From positions 1 to 18,661 of the forward strand of contig JBLIRP010000071.1 of assembly GCA_049472355.1 (NCBI GenBank): DNA of 18,661 bases, written 5' to 3'. Made by a program: the position numbers and the translations under genes. The notes under the pieces were generated by a model. That model was not told where the DNA came from. It searched no databases and saw nothing but the letters and a program-made list of their open reading frames with translations. Within the stretch, counting starts at the first letter, position 1. The number at the start of each line of letters is the position of its first letter. This DNA is from a bacterium. Lineage in GTDB: Bacteria > SZUA-182 > DTGQ01 > JAFGSM01. Below, piece by piece: positions 7,617 through 15,573 of this stretch.

Positions 7617-10600
7617 TTATATGGTTTTGTCTTTCCAGGAGGTGAGGGTGGCCCTGTTTTGATCAGGGTTGACGTCCAGTGCGGCCACCTCCTCGTTGGT
7701 GGTGGTGACAAAGAGGGTGTCCTTGTGCAGGACCGGCTTCGACCCCTGGCCGCTTCCCACCTGCACCGCAGCGATGCTGTAAACCACGCCCTCCTCGTCC
7801 GTGACCTTGTCCCTCTCGTCGAAGACCCCGTCTTCGTTCAGGTCGAAGACCGGGGTGATGGGGGGGAGTCCGGTGTCGTATTCCAAGGCGTAGACCCAGG
7901 TGTCCCCGTTTCCCGCGCAGATGTCCTGATCGGGGATGAAGGTGGTGAAGTACACGATCCCCGCAACCACCAGGGGCTGTTCGAGCACCCGCTCGCTGCC
8001 CACAAGATCGGGTGATGAGGCGTCGAGGCTGAGCGCCCAGGATCTGCGTGATTCGTTTCCTCCTTCCACGATTTTGACGGGCCGGGTCTCGCCGGTTTCG
8101 CCGTCTCGGTATTCCGTGAGGGTGGAGCGCAGCCGCACCAGGTCACCCAGGGAATAGACAGGGGGAGCGGACAGGGTGTCCTTCAGGCCGAAGAGGTACT
8201 GCTGGCTCATGGATGTCTTGTCCGCCTGGGTCTCGTATCGTCCGGTGCCGAAGTATACCCAGATGCCTCCCTCATCCACGCCATAGGCGAAGGTGGCCTG
8301 CGCCCTGACGGGGTGTGCGCGGGTGAGGGTGTCAAAACCGAAAAGCCTCGTGACACGGGGGAGTTCCCCCTTGCCGATGGAGGTGATGCGGTACATGGTC
8401 CCATACAGGTTCCCGGCATAGAGGTGATCCCCCATGGTATCCGCATCAAGATCGGCCACCAGTGGCGAGGCAAGGGCGTCGTTCTTCAAGGTCGTTTCGG
8501 AGATCTTGATCCGGTTGATGTCCGTTGATCCGTTCTTCCACAAGGGGGCCTTGTTATGGGCCGCAATGCCGTAAAGATACGCCTCCTTTTCCCGCTGATC
8601 GGAGGAGGCGTATCCGGAACCGAAAAAGATCCCCCATGCGGCGCCGTTTCCGTCGGAAACCCGTTCGATGCTCGGGTCCGCCCAGGTCTGACCCAGCTCG
8701 GCATCGGAGAATTCCCACAGGTACCGCGCGCCGCTGGTCACCCCGAAGGGCCGGCCATGGGTGATGTCGAGGGCAAAGTAGGATTCCCCTCCTTCTCTCA
8801 GACCGCACACCAGCAGGGTCATCCAGGCGGTTCCGGTGTGGATGTCTCCGACGCGGGGCGAGCCGTCCACGAAGTACTGGTGGCAGTAGTGATTGTCGCA
8901 TAGGTCGTACACCGGATCGTCCGCCCGATTGAGCTTATCATGTGAGCTGTGGGGCACGAACGCCCACAGCTCCCTTCCGTCCGAGAAATGAAATGCGTGC
9001 AGGCTGCCGTCGTTTGCACCGACGTATACCACGGGATCGCGGATGATCCCCCGCTTCCATGCCGTGTATCCGTCGAAGGGGTAGTAGAATGGGGGATCCC
9101 CCACGATGATGGGGGTGGACCGGATGATATCCCCGATGTCCTTGCACAGCCAGTGATCATGGGGGAGCACCGAATCGGTGTAGGGTATGACCCTCTCCTC
9201 GTCCGACGGATCGATGGTGAACACAGTGCGGTAGGCGGGCATGGCCTCGCTGGCCCGCCAGACCACCCTATCCCATCCGCCGGTGGTCTGATCGAAGGTG
9301 GTTGCCACCAGGTCGCCGGACCAGTCGGTGGCATCGAATTCAGCCATGATGACGATGTCACCGTGATCCGAGGAGGTAGTGGGCACGGGGGCTGCCCCAT
9401 GGAATATCTGTCCCTTGATCCGTTCGGTGATGGCGGCCAGCGCCTCCTTGAGCGCCTGCTCGCTGTATGCCAGAAAGGGCTGCCCGACCCCGTTTACCTC
9501 GTCGTGCAGGGCATAGAGGTCGTCCGATGCATGCCCGCGCTGGTTGCTGATACCCGCCATGATCTGGATCTGGGTGGCGTCGTCGATGCCGAAACCCACG
9601 GCGATGGGGGTCACCCCTTCATCGCACAGGTCGTTGGTGCGCTGCCTGACCGTGTCATTGGTCGAATCGACGTTTCCCAGGCCATCGGTGATCTCGATCA
9701 AGAATTTCGGCTGACACCGGATGTCCACGTAGTACTCGCCGTCACCCTCCCGGTCCCTTTTCCGGCCGGTATAATATTTTTCCGCCGCCAGGATGGAGGG
9801 GGCAAAGGGGGTGGCCCCTCCGATCTCCGTCTTCGTACTTATGCTCTGCTGGAGCAGCAACTGATGATTCGGGTCATTGGGCCTGCACCCCACGTGGATC
9901 TTGGTGTAGTCGATACCTGCGGTATACCCGGCATGCTCGTTTGAGCGCCATGTGCCGAATCCCCACGCAATGCTTTTGTCCTCGACGAGCTCGCTGATCA
10001 CGGAGCGGGCGATCGCAATCCTGGTCTGCTGCGTGGGGACGCTCCATGCAGGGATGTCGGACCATGCCGCATATGCCTCGGTAGTGGTCCTGTTCGAGAT
10101 GTTTCTATTTGACTTGGAAAACCGGGGCGGATCGTCCATGGCCTCCCCCCGTATGGTCAGGGAGGTAGGTCCACTCTTTTTCTCATCCACGACAAACTCG
10201 ATGTATGCCCCCGCAATGTCGGCCTCCGGGGGTATGGTGACGTTCTGGAAGCGGATGCCCACGGTCTGGTCGGAGCCGTCACGCACGAGCTCGAGGTCGC
10301 TGCTTGAGCGTGAAACCTTCCCGTTTGCCGCCTCTTCGGCATCGTCATCGCCGTGAGAGACCCTGACGTCCAGGACGTGGGTGCCGTCATGGATATACTC
10401 AACGTGCAGGAGCGGGGCCGAACCCGATTCGCCGTCATAGGATTCGGCAGTCCTGCACCCGGTTCCCGTGATGATGAATGCCATTGCATTCCCAGAGCAC
10501 CATCCGGGCCTGTCCACAATCTCCCGGACAATATGCGAGAGGTCGGGGGTGCGGGGATTCTCACCGGGGGCGGCAATGGCCACCTTCGTTCCCATGCTCC

Positions 10601-12176
10601 CGGACAGGTCGAGCAGGATCATGATGGCGGGATTCACCAGGTTCTCCGTGTACACCGGTACGTGGCCGCAGGCCACAGATTCGGGGATCGGCTGGATGGT
10701 GACGCTCAGGTCGATTTCCAGGGGGCTGTTGGGCGCATCGGGGTCCGAGATGATGATGGTTGCCTCGTATGTTCCGGCATCGAGGGATTCGGTATGGTAG
10801 CTCACCACGACCGGGGAGGACCCCCCTGTCGTCAGGGTCCCGCTCGCCGGTGATACGGACACCCAGTCGGCATCGTCCGTGATGGTGAAGTCCATGGCTG
10901 CGGAGCCGCTGTTGGTGATCGTGAAGCCGTCGCCTGCCGCATCGTTTCCTTCATAACAAACGGCCCCGAGGCTGGCTTTGTCCGCAACGATGAAGGGAAA
11001 CGACGTATCGTCGTATTCGATGTGGAGCAGGGGCGCCTTCCCCTGGGCATTGTCACGGGATGCCGCAACCCTTTTTCCCGATCCGCTGATAATGAATACC
11101 ATGTCATTTCCCGCCTCCCATCCCGGTCGTCCCGTGATCTCCCGGACGATGGCGCTGAGATCGGGGGTGGAGTGACGCTCACCCACGCTGCTCCATGCAG
11201 GTACGTTATTCCAGGAGATCGAGGCCGAGGTGGTGGACCTGCGGGTGATATCGCCGCTCGTGTTCGAAAAGGTCCCTGCATCGTCTGTGGATTCGGCGGC
11301 GATGGTCAGATTGGTGGCCTCCGAGTTGGTCCCCGCCGCCTCGAAACTGATATAGGCGGTGGTGATCCATGCGCCGCGGGGCACGTTGATGCCCTGGAAG
11401 CGGATGCCCACGGTCTGGTCGGTCTGCTTACGGATGAGATCCAGATCGTCGTTGTGAAGCCTCATGTCCCCGTTCGTCTTTTCCTCCGCATCATCGCTGT
11501 TCTGCGCCACCCTGATATCCAGGGCAGCCGATTCGTATTCGAGGTGGAGGAGGGGGCCCGATTTATTGTTACCTTTATCATAGGACTTGGCAACCCTCTT
11601 GCCTGAGCCGGTGATGATGATCGCAAGGGCGTTTCCGGCGGTCCACCCATCCCGGTCGACGATCTCCTGGATGATGGGGCTGAGATCCGGGGTCTGGTGC
11701 TTCTTATTTTTCTGGTCCCAGGCAGGCACGCCCTGCCAGGACACGACTTCGGAGGTGCGGGCTCGGCCGGAGATAGTGTGATTCCCCGATTCGGAGAAGG
11801 CAGCAGCGTTATCGGATGCCTCCCCCTTGAAATACAGGGTGGTGTACACGCTGCTCGTCTCGTCCGTTTTGAATTCTATGTAGGCATTGGTGATGGCAGC
11901 GCCCCTGGGCACGGTAACGTCCCTGAAACGGATACCCACGATCTGGTCCGAACTTTCTTGAATCATTTCCAGGGCCGAGCTCCCGCAATCCACGACACCG
12001 TCGCTCACGCGCTCCTCGGCATCGTCCTCTGACGAACTCACCCTGATATCGAGGGATTCCGGCCATGCACGGGGACTCAGGACACACAGGAGGAAGGCGG
12101 CGGCAATGGCACACATGGCCGCCTTCCATGGAAGGTGCCTCCCGTATGCCGCCGAGGGGGCATGTCGCTCGATCAT
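7617..12176 (-). CDS. pilY1: PilY1/PilC-family pilus tip adhesin A (two ~170-aa repeats + BACON-like domain + vWA with insert + beta-propeller), ~1519 aa
   Basis: Probable start ATG 12176 (AAGGA 10 nt upstream, followed by a signal-peptide-like segment); MIDAS DLSGS...GATP...ITDG; propeller motifs WSGDL, IGDIIRSTP, VYVGANDGSLHAF, ELWAFVP, YFVDGSP, YFALDIT, LGQTWADP, VYFGTGRY; C-terminal SWKD. Confidence 0.93.
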   Translation of the reverse strand: MIERHAPSAAYGRHLPWKAAMCAIAAAFLLCVLSPRAWPESLDIRVSSSEDDAEERVSDGVVDCGSSALEMIQESSDQIVGIRFRDVTVPRGAAITNAYIEFKTDETSSVYTTLYFKGEASDNAAAFSESGNHTISGRARTSEVVSWQGVPAWDQKNKKHQTPDLSPIIQEIVDRDGWTAGNALAIIITGSGKRVAKSYDKGNNKSGPLLHLEYESAALDIRVAQNSDDAEEKTNGDMRLHNDDLDLIRKQTDQTVGIRFQGINVPRGAWITTAYISFEAAGTNSEATNLTIAAESTDDAGTFSNTSGDITRRSTTSASISWNNVPAWSSVGERHSTPDLSAIVREITGRPGWEAGNDMVFIISGSGKRVAASRDNAQGKAPLLHIEYDDTSFPFIVADKASLGAVCYEGNDAAGDGFTITNSGSAAMDFTITDDADWVSVSPASGTLTTGGSSPVVVSYHTESLDAGTYEATIIISDPDAPNSPLEIDLSVTIQPIPESVACGHVPVYTENLVNPAIMILLDLSGSMGTKVAIAAPGENPRTPDLSHIVREIVDRPGWCSGNAMAFIITGTGCRTAESYDGESGSAPLLHVEYIHDGTHVLDVRVSHGDDDAEEAANGKVSRSSSDLELVRDGSDQTVGIRFQNVTIPPEADIAGAYIEFVVDEKKSGPTSLTIRGEAMDDPPRFSKSNRNISNRTTTEAYAAWSDIPAWSVPTQQTRIAIARSVISELVEDKSIAWGFGTWRSNEHAGYTAGIDYTKIHVGCRPNDPNHQLLLQQSISTKTEIGGATPFAPSILAAEKYYTGRKRDREGDGEYYVDIRCQPKFLIEITDGLGNVDSTNDTVRQRTNDLCDEGVTPIAVGFGIDDATQIQIMAGISNQRGHASDDLYALHDEVNGVGQPFLAYSEQALKEALAAITERIKGQIFHGAAPVPTTSSDHGDIVIMAEFDATDWSGDLVATTFDQTTGGWDRVVWRASEAMPAYRTVFTIDPSDEERVIPYTDSVLPHDHWLCKDIGDIIRSTPIIVGDPPFYYPFDGYTAWKRGIIRDPVVYVGANDGSLHAFHFSDGRELWAFVPHSSHDKLNRADDPVYDLCDNHYCHQYFVDGSPRVGDIHTGTAWMTLLVCGLREGGESYFALDITHGRPFGVTSGARYLWEFSDAELGQTWADPSIERVSDGNGAAWGIFFGSGYASSDQREKEAYLYGIAAHNKAPLWKNGSTDINRIKISETTLKNDALASPLVADLDADTMGDHLYAGNLYGTMYRITSIGKGELPRVTRLFGFDTLTRAHPVRAQATFAYGVDEGGIWVYFGTGRYETQADKTSMSQQYLFGLKDTLSAPPVYSLGDLVRLRSTLTEYRDGETGETRPVKIVEGGNESRRSWALSLDASSPDLVGSERVLEQPLVVAGIVYFTTFIPDQDICAGNGDTWVYALEYDTGLPPITPVFDLNEDGVFDERDKVTDEEGVVYSIAAVQVGSGQGSKPVLHKDTLFVTTTNEEVAALDVNPDQNRATLTSWKDKTI
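10044..12053 (-). repeat. Intragenic ~170-aa domain repeat in pilY1-A: copy 1 12053-11535, copy 2 11522-11013, permuted copy 3 10550-10044
   Basis: All three copies share LD(I/V)RV..DDAEE, DQxVGIRF, AYIxF, PAW, TPDLS, GW..GN and PLLHxEY. Confidence 0.9.
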
Positions 12177-12249
12177 GATGTTCATTTCCTTGAAAATCCT
12201 CTTTGGGGTATTTTCATGCCTCTTTGTGAGCCGAAGTCTCATCTGCGTT

Positions 12250-12284
12250 TCACTTCTACATTCTGCATTCTGCATTCGATATTC
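12250..12284. repeat. Five tandem degenerate heptamers
   Basis: TCACTTC TACATTC TGCATTC TGCATTC GATATTC, upstream of the probable pilY1-A start. Confidence 0.7.
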
Positions 12285-12367
12285 GCAGTTTCATCCGGCT
12301 CATGTGCCTTTCACCACAAGATCAATACCCTAATTACTCAATATGTTACGGAAAAGGGGAGTGTCCG

Positions 12368-12862
12368 CTAATACCCCACCTTGTAAATCTTGTACAGGGT
12401 TACCTCGATCTCCTGCTCGCCCCCGGCATTGCTGGTCACCTGGTAGTTGAACCGCAGGTATTCCTTTCCGCTGCCGGGCGCCACGCTGTTCGAGAGGTAT
12501 TGGATCCTGTTCCAGTAGGGGGTCCCTGCAAGGGTCCCGTCCTGGGTGCCGGGGGGGAAGTCCTCGTTGGTGACCCCGTCCCCGCCGCCGCCGAAGTTCT
12601 TGACCACGTCATCATCCAGGGAGGTGTTCACCGGACGGGGCGGGGTCGCCCGGTTGTTGAGCCAGGGGGCGGCCTCCTTCCAGCCGCTGTCGGTTACGTA
12701 GAAGTCCCTCATGTACTCCTTTTCGTTCCCTGCGATCTGGATCTCGATATCGGTGGTCATGAGGCTGAAGGTGCCCATGAGGGTAAGGAGCATAAGGACC
12801 AGCATGGCGATGATAAAGGCGGCGCCCTCCTCGCGGCGGAGTATATCGAACAGTGCCTTCAT
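12368..12862 (-). CDS. pilX: PilX-like minor pilin (cassette A)
   Basis: Start moved to ATG 12862 (G-rich RBS, 1 nt after the pilV stop); EEG|AAFIIAM lacking Glu5; TTDIEIQIAGNEK...FYVTDSG motif. Confidence 0.88.
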   Translation of the reverse strand: MKALFDILRREEGAAFIIAMLVLMLLTLMGTFSLMTTDIEIQIAGNEKEYMRDFYVTDSGWKEAAPWLNNRATPPRPVNTSLDDDVVKNFGGGGDGVTNEDFPPGTQDGTLAGTPYWNRIQYLSNSVAPGSGKEYLRFNYQVTSNAGGEQEIEVTLYKIYKVGY

Positions 12863-12863
12863 A

Positions 12864-13322
12864 TCATTCCCCCCTCGTTCGCACCATGTCGAATGCAGTG
12901 CGTTTGTCCCGGGTGCCGCCATGCCAGGCGACGATGACCCGCACGGTCTTGGTCCCGGCTACCGGCCGGTCCTCCGCCACGTTCCAGTAGAGGTTGTAGC
13001 GCTCGCCCACCCCTCCCCCCCTAAGGTTCAAGCGCATGCCGTCAGCGGTGGAGACGGCTGCATCATCAAGCCCTGCGAGGCCGTCGCCGTCATGGTCCGT
13101 GAGGGAGGCATAGTCGATGAGCATGATCTCCTCCATCTGTTTGGAGGCAAGCTGCGTTGCGGTGCTCAGGCGTATGGACACGGCATTTCCCTTGATGGTA
13201 TTGATGAGCAGGACGCTCGCCCCGAGGATTCCGATGGCAAAGATGCCGATGGAAATGAGCACCTCGAGGAGGCTGAATCCCTTTTGGAACCTTGGTTCAA
13301 CGCTACGTACCGACATCATCAC
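12864..13322 (-). CDS. pilV: PilV-like minor pilin (cassette A)
   Basis: KG|FSLLEVLISIGIFAIGILG; ATQLASKQMEEI; KTVRVIVAW; ATGA overlap with the pilW stop. Confidence 0.88.
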   Translation of the reverse strand: MMMSVRSVEPRFQKGFSLLEVLISIGIFAIGILGASVLLINTIKGNAVSIRLSTATQLASKQMEEIMLIDYASLTDHDGDGLAGLDDAAVSTADGMRLNLRGGGVGERYNLYWNVAEDRPVAGTKTVRVIVAWHGGTRDKRTAFDMVRTRGE

Positions 13323-14161
13323 CCCTCCCTGAGCGCCATGTTTCTCAAGCGGACCACGGTCTCCACGATCCGCATGCGCCGGAAGTCGTTTTCGCTGTCG
13401 GCGTCGCCCGCAGGGCGGATCACCCTGCCTCCCACCACGTAGGTCTTGCGATTGGTATATCCCTCATCGGGTTTGCTCGATTCGACGAGGAGCCATACAC
13501 GCACCGCCCTGATGTCATCCAGGTCCACGGCGATCCCGGTATTCTCACCGGCAGGGATGGCGTCGTCATCGTCGATGTTGCCGTCGTCATTGGTGTCCAG
13601 GTCGTACCAGGTGCCGTCCTTGTCGATCGCCCAGATCACGTGGGGACCATCCCTGTCCAGGATGCCGTCCCCGTTGCTGTCAAAGGCATAGGCGAATCCC
13701 AGGGACTCCACGTGTTCTGCAACCGGTGCGAAGTGCTCGTTCTGGGTGGCCTTCCTGCCCAGCTTTTGTATGCCGTCAGCCGGGGTGTAAAGTCCGTAGG
13801 TGATATACTCGTTATAATCCGTGAGCCCCTCGTCTTCGTCGAGGTCCAGGGTGAAGGTGATGCGGCTGGATTCTGCTGCAACGATTCCCGCCCCCGCCTT
13901 GCCTGTTGGATCATACCCGGCCATCCTGATCTCCTTTACCATGAGATTGACGGCTGCGCGCATGTTCTGTTGCATCTCTGCAACCTGGTCCTGAACGGAG
14001 TACGACTTGTTCTGGGCAATGAAGAAGTCGAAGATGGCTGCGGCCATGACCGCGCTGATGAACAGGGCGAGGAGAAGCTCCACCAGCGTGAATCCGCCGG
14101 CCGTGAGGCGATCGCATTTCGCGGGGGCAATTCCCCTTGCGGCCCCCTGCATCGAATCCAT
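13319..14161 (-). CDS. pilW: PilW-like minor pilin (cassette A)
   Basis: Probable start at 14161 (TAATG overlap with the fimU stop); GG|FTLVE; MQQNMRAAVNLMVKEIRMAGYDP; IRAVRVWLL; VRLRN C-terminus. Confidence 0.88.
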   Translation of the reverse strand: MDSMQGAARGIAPAKCDRLTAGGFTLVELLLALFISAVMAAAIFDFFIAQNKSYSVQDQVAEMQQNMRAAVNLMVKEIRMAGYDPTGKAGAGIVAAESSRITFTLDLDEDEGLTDYNEYITYGLYTPADGIQKLGRKATQNEHFAPVAEHVESLGFAYAFDSNGDGILDRDGPHVIWAIDKDGTWYDLDTNDDGNIDDDDAIPAGENTGIAVDLDDIRAVRVWLLVESSKPDEGYTNRKTYVVGGRVIRPAGDADSENDFRRMRIVETVVRLRNMALREG

Positions 14162-14739
14162 TATTGAATCCGTATCCTTCCCGCCTTGTGCACACTGATC
14201 CATTTCTTTGTCTCGCGATTGTTGGTGAGGTACACGGAGCCCATGCCCATGCCCGCGACACCCGTCGGGCTCACCGTGAGCCCCCGGGAATTGAAGGCAA
14301 TGGAAGGCCTGCCTGCATCGTTTTCGGTAAAGGTCACCCCGTCTCCCCCTCCCTGTGAGGAATCAAGTTCGACACCGCTCTTATAATCGGCAAACCTCAC
14401 CGATGCGAGGATGGTTTCGCCTGCGTCATACTCGTAATCCCGGTCCTTATCCTCGTACACCACGTAATCGTAAGGGATGCCTCCCACGGACTGGTTGAAG
14501 GTGACGGTGCACAGCGTGTTGTTTTTCACCGCCGTCATCTTTGCCCGCTGAAGGTGTGACATCATATCCCTGGCCGCGGCCTTCAAACGGTAATTGGCCA
14601 TCATGGAACTGATATTCGGGAATGCAATGGCGGACATGATACTGATGATGGCAAGTACGATTCCCATCTCAACAAGGGTGAATCCTGAATAACGGATGCG
14701 CGGTTTCGCTGCACCTCGTGCCAAGATCACAGGGCGCAT
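14161..14739 (-). CDS. fimU: FimU/FimT (GspH-like) minor pilin (cassette A)
   Basis: ATG 14739 preceded by GGAAAGGAAGG; SG|FTLVE; YRLKAAARDMMSHLQRAKMTAVKNN; IAFNSRG; GRIRI C-terminus. Confidence 0.85.
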   Translation of the reverse strand: MRPVILARGAAKPRIRYSGFTLVEMGIVLAIISIMSAIAFPNISSMMANYRLKAAARDMMSHLQRAKMTAVKNNTLCTVTFNQSVGGIPYDYVVYEDKDRDYEYDAGETILASVRFADYKSGVELDSSQGGGDGVTFTENDAGRPSIAFNSRGLTVSPTGVAGMGMGSVYLTNNRETKKWISVHKAGRIRIQ

Positions 14740-14891
14740 ATCCTTCCTTTCCCTACAGACGATCAATGCTCAAGGGGTACAAACGAGGACGGGTCCACCT
14801 ATGCATCGGGCAAAAAGGTGCGGAATCAAACGATGGGGGCGCACAATGAACAGCGTCATGCACGCCGGATGCCGTGAACACTACTCTATAT

Positions 14892-14921
14892 AGTATAGCA
14901 GGCACAGCACATGCGTGTCAA
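14892..14921 (-). promoter_or_regulatory. Putative sigma70 promoter for the pilus cassettes
   Basis: TTGACA (14921-14916), 18-nt spacer, TATACT (14897-14892) with a TGn extension; AT-rich tract upstream. Confidence 0.65.
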
Positions 14922-14948
14922 AAAAAATATTATATATTCGATTATAAA

Positions 14949-14961
14949 TATCAAATACTTA
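14949..14961 (+). promoter_or_regulatory. IHF consensus site
   Basis: TATCAAATACTTA matches WATCAANNNNTTR exactly, with an AT-rich 5' flank. Confidence 0.5.
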
Positions 14962-15099
14962 AATTTTGTGGTTGCGGATTTTTGCTGTCCGCGTCGGGAT
15001 GCTGCATACTTTTCCACCGCATTTTCCTCCGCTTCCATGCGGTACCGGATAGAAGACGACGATACTGCACGCTGTCGGATGTGATGACCGGCCGCGAAT

Positions 15100-15573
15100 C
15101 TATCGGCGGGGTATCTCGTACATCATGGCGATTTCCTCGCAATCGGGGAACTTGGAGCACTTGAGGCAATCGGACCATATCTTGTGAGGAAGTTGGGATT
15201 TGTCGATCTCAATAAATCCCTGCGAGGAAAAGAAGTCCTTTGTGTAGGTGAGACAGAAGACCTTTTTCACCTCCAGGTCAACTGCCTCCTTGAGACAGGC
15301 CTGAACGAGCCGAGTGCCGATCCCCTGCTTCCAGCGGTCCTCGGTGACGGCAAGTGAACGGATCTCCGCCAGGTCCTCCCATACCAGATGCAGGGCGCAG
15401 ATGCCAAGGATGGTGAGGGGGCCTTCGCCTGCCTTTTCTTCGTATATGAAAAAATCCCTTATGCGGTCGTAGATCTCGGAGAGTGAAAGGGGGAGGAGAA
15501 GTCCCCGGTGGGCATACTCATTGATAAGGTTTCGTATGACATGCGCATCGCAGATACGGGCCTTTCTGATCAT
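15100..15573 (-). CDS. argA: Short GNAT-type amino-acid N-acetyltransferase (N-acetylglutamate synthase-like)
   Basis: MIRKA...ALHLVWEDLAEIRSLAV...QGIGTRLV...VFCLTY...LPHKIWSDCLKCSKFPDCEE, the pattern of the short ArgA family. Start at 15573 by ATGA overlap with the gamma subunit stop. Confidence 0.8.
   Translation of the reverse strand: MIRKARICDAHVIRNLINEYAHRGLLLPLSLSEIYDRIRDFFIYEEKAGEGPLTILGICALHLVWEDLAEIRSLAVTEDRWKQGIGTRLVQACLKEAVDLEVKKVFCLTYTKDFFSSQGFIEIDKSQLPHKIWSDCLKCSKFPDCEEIAMMYEIPRR

Noticed and set aside
1334..14739. Shufflon, invertible switch or diversity-generating retroelement acting on the adhesins
   Set aside because: All genes are co-oriented, and I see no recombinase, reverse transcriptase, repeated crossover sites or template/variable repeat pair.
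14920..14927. Homopolymer tracts (A8 here, and 7-8 nt G/C runs elsewhere) as phase-variation sites
   Set aside because: The runs are short, all frames are intact, and the A tract lies outside the promoter spacer.
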